Shown here: positions 33,600 through 38,953 of the stretch, one piece after another | Position numbering within the stretch: position 1 is the stretch's first letter | How the letters are laid out: every line of letters starts with the position of its first letter | DNA from: Planctomycetia bacterium | GTDB taxonomy: Bacteria; Planctomycetota; Planctomycetia; Pirellulales; UBA1268 | Direction of reading: 5' to 3' | Assembly: GCA_009926295.1 (NCBI GenBank) | Contig: RFPF01000002.1 | Coordinates: 1 to 38,953 of the forward strand | Length of the DNA stretch: 38,953 nucleotides | Position numbers and translations under genes: made by a program | Notes under the pieces: model-generated | Told to the model about the DNA's origin: nothing | The model's database searches: none | Seen by the model: only the letters and a program-made list of their open reading frames with translations

Positions 33600-34808
33600 C
33601 TAGCGGTCGATCTCGCCCATCACGATGTCGAGGCTCCCCACGATCGCGGGCACGTCGGCGATCAGGCAGCCGCGGCAGAGTTCGTGGAGCACCGAGAGGT
33701 TCGAAAACGAGCTCGAGCGGGCCCGGGCCCGCCACGGGATCGGTGTGCCGTCGCCCACGAGGTAGAAGCCCATCTGGCCCTTGGGACACTCGGTCTCGAG
33801 GTAGGCGTCGCCCGCGGGAATTTTCTCCGTGAGCTTGAGGGGCTCGCCGAGCGGACCCTTGCAGGACGAGTAGCGGTCGATGGCCTGCCTGACGAGATCC
33901 ATCGATTGCACGACCTCGAGCATCCGCACGAAGAACCGATGCCAACAGTCGCCGAGCACCGCGTCGGCCGGGACGGCGGGGTAGGTGTGATCACGCGGGT
34001 AGTGCCCGTCCTTCTGCACGGCCACCTCGAACGCATATCCGTCGTACATCGCCGTGTAGATGCTCTCGCCGTCGCGCCGCATGTCCTGGTCGACGCCACT
34101 GCCGCGGAGCACGGGGCCGGAGCAGCCGTAGTCGATCGCCATCTCGCGGGAGAGCACGCCGATGCCGGCCGTGCGCTTCACGAAGATCGCGTTCGTGGTG
34201 AGGAGCGCGTGATACTCCTGGATCACCGGTTCGAACTGCTCGAGGAAGGCCTCGCACCTGTCGATCCAGCCCGGCGGCAGGTCGGCGGTGAGTCCGCCGA
34301 CGGTGATGTAGCTGTAGGTGAGCCGGGCACCACAAGCCTCCTCGAACAGGTCGAGGATCTTTTCCCGCTCACGGAAGGCATAGAGGAAGGGGCTGAAGGT
34401 GCCGAGGTCGAGGCCGTAAGCACCCATTCCCACGAGGTGGCTCGCGATCCGGCCGAGTTCGGCGATCAGCACCCGCAGGTGGCGGGCCTTCTCGCTCACC
34501 TCGTGCTTCATGAGTTTCTCGACGGCGAGGGCCCAGCCGAGGTTCATGTTCATCGCGGCGAGATAGTCCATCCGGTCGGTGTACGGGATCCACTGCCGGG
34601 CCGAGAGGTTCTCGCCGATCTTCTCCGCACAGCGGTGGAGGTAGCCGATGTGGGGCTCCACCTGCGACACGACCTCGCCGTCGGTGCGGAGCACGAGCCG
34701 GAGCACGCCGTGCGTGCTCGGGTGCTGGGGCCCCATGTTGACGAGCATCTCGTCGGTGCGGACGTCGAACTCGATGATCCGCGGATCGTCGTCGATGAGT
34801 GAAGCCAT
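33600..34808 (-). CDS. nuoD: NADH-quinone oxidoreductase subunit D
   Basis: 402-aa ORF. NMGPQHPSTHGVLRLVLRTDGEVV, HIGYLHRCAEKI, DRMDYLAAMNMN, IVGSLDIVMGEIDR. Confidence 0.92.
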   Translation of the reverse strand: MASLIDDDPRIIEFDVRTDEMLVNMGPQHPSTHGVLRLVLRTDGEVVSQVEPHIGYLHRCAEKIGENLSARQWIPYTDRMDYLAAMNMNLGWALAVEKLMKHEVSEKARHLRVLIAELGRIASHLVGMGAYGLDLGTFSPFLYAFREREKILDLFEEACGARLTYSYITVGGLTADLPPGWIDRCEAFLEQFEPVIQEYHALLTTNAIFVKRTAGIGVLSREMAIDYGCSGPVLRGSGVDQDMRRDGESIYTAMYDGYAFEVAVQKDGHYPRDHTYPAVPADAVLGDCWHRFFVRMLEVVQSMDLVRQAIDRYSSCKGPLGEPLKLTEKIPAGDAYLETECPKGQMGFYLVGDGTPIPWRARARSSSFSNLSVLHELCRGCLIADVPAIVGSLDIVMGEIDR

Positions 34809-34836
34809 AGCGGGATGAACCTCGTGCGAAGGGCGG

Positions 34837-35367
34837 CTAGCGTCCCCGGATGCCGTGATACTCGAGCGGCTGCTCGTAGTCCTTCCGGAGCGGATAGCCG
34901 ACCCAGTCCTCGGGGCAGAGGATGCGCCTCAGGTCCGGGTGGCCGGTGAAATCCACACCGGACATGTCGAACACCTCGCGCTCGTGCCAGTCGGCGGTGC
35001 GCCACACGCCGGTCACGCTCGGCACCGCGGGGATTTCGCCCGGCGTATCGTTCTTCCAGCGCGGCACCGAGACCTTGATCACGAGGCTCACGCGGGCGGA
35101 GGTGCTCCACAGGTGGTAGACGAGTTCCAACCGCGGCTGCCAGGTCACCTTCGCGGCCTTCTTCGGATCCGGCTCGTGCCAGTCCACGGCGGTCACGCAC
35201 TCCAGCGCGTCGAACCGCGGGTCGGACGACTGCTTCAGCCAACGGCAGACCTCGACGAGCCGCTCTGCCGCCACCTCGATCCAGGGATCGAGCGCCTCGA
35301 GATTTCGTCCCGTGACCGCACCCGGAAGGGCCGTCTCGAGTTTTTCCAGGAATGCCGGACCGCGCAT
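34837..35367 (-). CDS. nuoC: NADH-quinone oxidoreductase subunit C
   Basis: Last 176 aa of ORF 34837..35550. ATG 35367 follows [53 protein letters not shown]. Confidence 0.88.
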   Translation of the reverse strand: MRGPAFLEKLETALPGAVTGRNLEALDPWIEVAAERLVEVCRWLKQSSDPRFDALECVTAVDWHEPDPKKAAKVTWQPRLELVYHLWSTSARVSLVIKVSVPRWKNDTPGEIPAVPSVTGVWRTADWHEREVFDMSGVDFTGHPDLRRILCPEDWVGYPLRKDYEQPLEYHGIRGR

Positions 35368-35390
35368 CGCGTGCTCCTCAGTCGTCGAGT

Positions 35391-36017
35391 TCAGCCCGCC
35401 GCGGCGCGATCGGCCGTCACAGCCCGCACCCAGTCGAGGTCGCCGCGACACCACACGTAGGCGAAGCCCACGAGAAGCACCGCGAAGAACGCGGCCATGT
35501 CGCACACGGCCGTGGCGGCGAGCAGGAATCCCGACCGCGACACGGCCCATTCCGCCTCGGCCCGCGGCAGGCTCTTTTCGCCACGGGTCGCCTCGAGGCG
35601 TCGTCGGGTGGCGTCGTCGGGCACGACCACGGGCACCGCCGGAGTCGACACCCCCAGTTCACGCATCAGCCCGGCGGCAGCGGGCGTGAGGTTCGCACCG
35701 TCGGCCTGCACCGTGACGAGGGCCGGATCGGAGAGCTGCGTGGCCTTGCCGAACACGGTGGCCCACGGGAAGAACAGGGCCACTTCCACGTCGAAGATGA
35801 TGAACAGCAGTGCCACCACGTAGAAGCGCAGATCGAATTGCACGAAGCTGGAGCCGATCGCCGGCTCGCCGCACTCGTAGACCTCGAGCTTCTCCGAGTT
35901 GGGAACCCGGGGGCGCACCAGCCAGCCGACGAGCAGGTTCACGCACAGGAAGGCGCCGCCGAGCGCCACGAACAGCGCGACGTAGCCGGCGATCAGGGCG
36001 GGATGGGTCGGTGTCAT
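35391..36017 (-). CDS. nuoA: NADH-quinone oxidoreductase subunit A (208 aa, with a roughly 70-aa insertion between TM2 and TM3)
   Basis: [45 protein letters not shown] ... [19 protein letters not shown]. Confidence 0.85.
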   Translation of the reverse strand: MTPTHPALIAGYVALFVALGGAFLCVNLLVGWLVRPRVPNSEKLEVYECGEPAIGSSFVQFDLRFYVVALLFIIFDVEVALFFPWATVFGKATQLSDPALVTVQADGANLTPAAAGLMRELGVSTPAVPVVVPDDATRRRLEATRGEKSLPRAEAEWAVSRSGFLLAATAVCDMAAFFAVLLVGFAYVWCRGDLDWVRAVTADRAAAG

Positions 36018-36036
36018 CTGTGGAACCGGAGAACTT

Positions 36037-36564
36037 TTACTGGTTCGGGCCGCCGTGCACGGGCTCGACGATCACCTTCGACGCGGCCACCGCCGTCGGG
36101 TTGATCGTGGATCTCCCCCAGGCCACGTCGACGGGCAGCCGGGCGAAGTCGACGATCGTACCGTCGCGGCTGTAGCAACTGAGGTCGAGTGTCGAGCCCA
36201 TGAAGATGCAGTCCACGGGACAGGGTTCGACGCAGAGGGCGCAAAACATGCACTTCGAGTAGTCGATGGTGAAGCCGCTGACCTGAAAGCCCTTGCCGCC
36301 GCTGACGCGCTCCTTCCCGATGTAGATGCAGTCGACAGGGCACGCCTTCGCGCACTGGTCGCAGGCGATGCAGGTGGTGAGGTCGTAGCGATGGAACCCG
36401 CGGTATCGCGCGGCGACCGGCGCCGGCAGTTCCGGATACTCGAAGTGCTCCGTGAAAGTGCGCCGCGTGCGGTCGTACGTGCTGCCGAAGATCCGCAGGG
36501 TGACGGCCATGCCTTCGAGCACCGTCCCGACGGCCGTGAACAGATTTCGGAACCAGTCTCTCAT
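36037..36564 (-). CDS. nuoI: NADH-quinone oxidoreductase subunit I (2x[4Fe-4S] ferredoxin-type)
   Basis: Last 175 aa of ORF 36037..36969, from ATG 36564. YPELPAPVAARYRGFH, CIACDQCAKACPVDCI, CMFCALCVEPCPVDCI. Confidence 0.88.
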   Translation of the reverse strand: MRDWFRNLFTAVGTVLEGMAVTLRIFGSTYDRTRRTFTEHFEYPELPAPVAARYRGFHRYDLTTCIACDQCAKACPVDCIYIGKERVSGGKGFQVSGFTIDYSKCMFCALCVEPCPVDCIFMGSTLDLSCYSRDGTIVDFARLPVDVAWGRSTINPTAVAASKVIVEPVHGGPNQ

Positions 36565-36574
36565 GGATGGCGAG

Positions 36575-36603
36575 AGTATAGGTGGCGGTGACGGGTCAAC
36601 AAG
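36575..36603 (-). promoter_or_regulatory. candidate promoter for nuoI: TATACT only 10 nt upstream of the ATG (possibly a leaderless or near-leaderless mRNA); TTG-containing -35 region nearby
   Basis: Minus strand reads CCTTGTTGACCCGTCACCGCCACCTATACTCTCGCCATCCATG. No Shine-Dalgarno precedes the ATG. The -35 spacing is ambiguous. Confidence 0.25.
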
Positions 36604-36745
36604 GTGCCGTGGCCAAACCCGTTGGCCGCAACGTGTTGCGACGGGAGTGTCCGCCCCGGAATGGGCCGGTTCCGCTTCCGGAAAATCCGGCAGGCACGGC
36701 CTATTTGGGCAGGCTTTGTGCGCTTGCCCAAGTGCCGCAGAATAC

Positions 36746-36773
36746 TTGACCTTTCGCTGGAAACCTTTACAGT
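36746..36773 (+). promoter_or_regulatory. candidate sigma-70-type promoter for csrA paralogue 2
   Basis: TTGACC (36746-51), a 16-nt spacer, then TACAGT (36768-73), about 68 nt upstream of ATG 36841, in a locally AT-richer stretch. Confidence 0.35.
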
Positions 36774-36840
36774 TACATGGTTTGAGTCGGGGACGATCGG
36801 CGTCGCTCCCCGGTTCGTGGATGCGCCAAGGGAATGGTTC

Positions 36841-37101
36841 ATGCTGGTCCTGTCGCGAAAAAAAGACGAGAGCATCGTCATCAACAACGACATCACGATC
36901 GTCGTGGTGGAGATTCGAGGCGACAAGGTCCGGCTCGGCGTCGAGGCGCCGAAGGAAGTCCCCGTGCACCGTCGGGAGGTATTCGAGGCCATCGCCCGCG
37001 GGGAACCGCTGGACGCGACGTCTCTGGCTCCCGCGGAGGGCCAGGGCGATGCATCGACCGCGTCTGAGCCCCGCCCGCCGGCGACCGACGCCATTCCCTG
37101 A
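36841..37101 (+). CDS. csrA: carbon storage regulator CsrA, second paralogue (86 aa)
   Basis: In-frame ATG in ORF 36604..37101, with AAGGGA upstream. [51 protein letters not shown]. Confidence 0.9.
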   Translation: MLVLSRKKDESIVINNDITIVVVEIRGDKVRLGVEAPKEVPVHRREVFEAIARGEPLDATSLAPAEGQGDASTASEPRPPATDAIP

Positions 37102-37137
37102 GCGGTTCGGCTGCGGTACAACGGTGGATGCCGGTTT

Positions 37138-37209
37138 GGCCCCATCGTCTAGCGGTTAGGACACGGCCCTTTCAAGGCTGGAACCGGGGTTCGAGTCCCC
37201 GTGGGGTCA
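37138..37209 (+). tRNA. tRNA-Glu: tRNA-Glu (anticodon UUC)
   Basis: GGCCCCATCGTCTAGCGGTTAGGACACGGCCCTTTCAAGGCTGGAACCGGGGTTCGAGTCCCCGTGGGGTCA. Acceptor GGCCCCA/TGGGGTC (one G-U pair). Anticodon loop CTTTCAA. T-arm CGGGG-TTCGAGT-CCCCG. Close to the E. coli tRNA-Glu pattern. CCA is not encoded. Confidence 0.9.
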
Positions 37210-37229
37210 CTTCCACTCGCTGAAGGTCT

Positions 37230-38252
37230 ATGAGCGACGGTCTCTACGACGCCGTGCTCCTCGTGTCGTTCGGGGGGCCAGACGGTCCCGCCGACGTGCT
37301 GCCGTTCCTCGAGAACGTCCTCCGGGGCCGCAACGTGCCTCGCGAGCGGATGATCGAGGTGGCGGAGCACTACCACCACTTCGGGGGCAAGAGTCCGATC
37401 AACGAGCAAAACCTCGCGCTTCTCGCGGCACTGCGACAGGAACTCGACCGCCGTGGGCCGCACCTGCCCGTCTACTGGGGCAATCGCAACTGGCACCCGC
37501 TGCTCACCGACACGCTACGGGAGATGGCGGATGCGGGCGTGAAGCGGGCGATTGCGTTCGTGACGAGCGCCTACAGCAGCTACTCGGGCTGCCGACAGTA
37601 TCGGGAAAACATCGCCGCGGCCTGCGCGCCGCTCGGCGACCGGGCTCCGCAGGTGGACAAGATCCGGGTGTTCTTCAACCACCCGGGCTTCGTCGGTCCT
37701 ATGGCCACCCGCGTGCGCGCGGCCCTCGACCAGATCGCGGCGGGGGATCGGGCGGACATCCCCGTCCTGTTCACGGCGCACAGCATCCCGACGTCGATGG
37801 CGGAGGGCTGCCGGTACGTCAGGCAACTCACGGAAGCCTCCCGCCTTGTCGCCGAGCAGGCCGGCGTGAACCGTTGGGAACTCGTCTATCAGAGCCGCAG
37901 CGGTCCGCCCTCCCAGCCCTGGCTCGAGCCGGACGTCTGCGACCGGATCCGGTCGCTTCACGCCGCCGGCATGCGGCGGCTCGTGATCGCCCCGATCGGG
38001 TTCATCTCCGACCACATGGAGGTGCTCTACGACCTCGACACGGAGGCGGCCGACCTCTGCCGCGAGCTCGGCATCGAGATGGTGCGGGCTGCCACCGTCG
38101 GCACCGATCCGGCGTTCGTGGCGATGGTGCGCGACCTGATCGCGGAGCGGCATTTCTCAGAGCCCACGCGGTTGGCGATCGGCGAACTGCCGGCGAGCCA
38201 CGACGTGTGCCCCCTCGACTGCTGCCCCGCGCCGGCGATGCGCCGGCCATGA
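37230..38252 (+). CDS. hemH: ferrochelatase (HemH/CpfC type) with a C-terminal Cys cluster
   Basis: 340-aa ORF. AVLLVSFGGPDGPADVLPFLENV, SPINEQN, LFTAHSIPTSMA, YQSRSGPPSQPWLEPD, PIGFISDHMEVLYDLD. Tail CPLDCCPAP. Confidence 0.9.
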   Translation: MSDGLYDAVLLVSFGGPDGPADVLPFLENVLRGRNVPRERMIEVAEHYHHFGGKSPINEQNLALLAALRQELDRRGPHLPVYWGNRNWHPLLTDTLREMADAGVKRAIAFVTSAYSSYSGCRQYRENIAAACAPLGDRAPQVDKIRVFFNHPGFVGPMATRVRAALDQIAAGDRADIPVLFTAHSIPTSMAEGCRYVRQLTEASRLVAEQAGVNRWELVYQSRSGPPSQPWLEPDVCDRIRSLHAAGMRRLVIAPIGFISDHMEVLYDLDTEAADLCRELGIEMVRAATVGTDPAFVAMVRDLIAERHFSEPTRLAIGELPASHDVCPLDCCPAPAMRRP

Positions 38253-38893
38253 GCGCCGCCGAGCGGCCCGCCACCGCCGCCCTCGTGCACGGCTATCTCG
38301 CCAACAAGCTCATGCTCTCGCTGCTTGGTGCGCGGCTTCGCTTCCGCGGATTCGATCCCAGACCGTGGGGCTACTGGAACATGCGCTGCTCGCTGCTGAT
38401 CCACGCCGACCGTTTCGCCCGCCGCCTGATGGAGCTGGACGAAGACCCGACGGTTCACACGCTGCACCTCGTGACGCACAGCATGGGAGGCATCGTCGCG
38501 CGGGCCGCACTCGACCGCTATCGCCCCCGCAAACTCGGGCGGCTCGTGATGCTCGCCCCGCCCAACAAGGGCTCGTTCGTGGCGACGCGGGCGTCGGGCA
38601 CCTTCGGGCGGTTGCTCGAGCCCGTCCGGGAGCTGTCCACCGCCGCCGACAGCCTCGTCAACTCGCTGCCCGTCCCCCGCGACGTCGACATCGGGGTGAT
38701 CGCGGCGGAGTGGGATGCGCTCGTGTCGGCCGACAGCACGCGGCCGGACGTGCCGCACGCACACGCCACGCTGCCGACCTTCCACTCGGGCCTCCTGTTC
38801 CGGCGCGACGCCGCCGACTACGTCGCTGCGTTCCTCGCCACCGGGCGATTCCCGACGTCCGCGGCCCCCGCAGCCACGCCCGCCCAGCCATGA
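38249..38893 (+). CDS. alpha/beta-fold hydrolase (lipase/esterase-like)
   Basis: In-frame ATG 38249 in ORF 37874..38893, overlapping the hemH stop (ATGA). Nucleophile elbow VTHSMGG. LVMLAPPNKGS. Confidence 0.7.
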   Translation: MSAAERPATAALVHGYLANKLMLSLLGARLRFRGFDPRPWGYWNMRCSLLIHADRFARRLMELDEDPTVHTLHLVTHSMGGIVARAALDRYRPRKLGRLVMLAPPNKGSFVATRASGTFGRLLEPVRELSTAADSLVNSLPVPRDVDIGVIAAEWDALVSADSTRPDVPHAHATLPTFHSGLLFRRDAADYVAAFLATGRFPTSAAPAATPAQP

Positions 38894-38953
38894 ACACCAT
38901 TGTCTACATACTTCTCGCGGCCGGGCTCGTTTTCTTCAGCGGGTCCACCTTGG
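38890..38953 (+). CDS. start of a hydrophobic (membrane?) protein, truncated by the window end
   Basis: ATG 38890 overlaps the preceding stop (ATGA). MNTIVYILLAAGLVFFSGSTL. Only 21 codons are visible. Confidence 0.35.
   Translation, partial: MNTIVYILLAAGLVFFSGSTL

Overview
This is a high-GC (about 70%) chromosomal segment from a diderm bacterium. The protein flavour suggests Planctomycetota, but that is an inference I cannot verify here.

Gene content, left to right:
- A partial sigma-54 activator with no receiver domain (minus strand).
- A 9.2-kb chemosensory operon in the Wsp gene order: UrtA-like binding protein, Cache-HAMP MCP, CheW, CheR-TPR, a CheW with a Cys motif, a CheA-REC hybrid and CheB. 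No output regulator is encoded in cis.
- A convergent minus-strand operon: M32 carboxypeptidase, an acidic/proline-rich membrane protein, and an amidase.
- A PIG-L deacetylase, a 77-aa ORF and a XerC/D recombinase.
- A frameshifted NarL/LuxR response regulator.
- comF-hemC, an lptF/G permease, and fliW-csrA.
- A 13.5-kb minus-strand respiratory block: nuoI-A-C-D, a 517-bp repeat-filled gap, nuoH-J-K-L-M-N, a 143-aa ORF, tatD and a thioredoxin-like gene. nuoB, nuoE, nuoF and nuoG are absent from the window.
- A second csrA, tRNA-Glu(UUC), hemH, an alpha/beta hydrolase, and the start of a membrane protein.

Non-coding highlights:
- A family of roughly 130-nt imperfect palindromes occurs as forward/reverse pairs in two intergenic loci. 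Two copies differ by compensatory changes that preserve their stems.
- A 132-bp element is bounded by 22-bp inverted repeats.
- GGA clusters lie over the fliW and csrA ribosome-binding regions.
- Nested palindromes lie upstream of nuoH.
- Many adjacent genes share 4-nt ATGA stop/start overlaps (5137, 6399, 19533, 31188, 31874, 38249, 38890).

All calls come from reading the translations and sequence by eye. No database search, HMM or folding program was run. Family names rest on remembered motifs, and start codons are best guesses.
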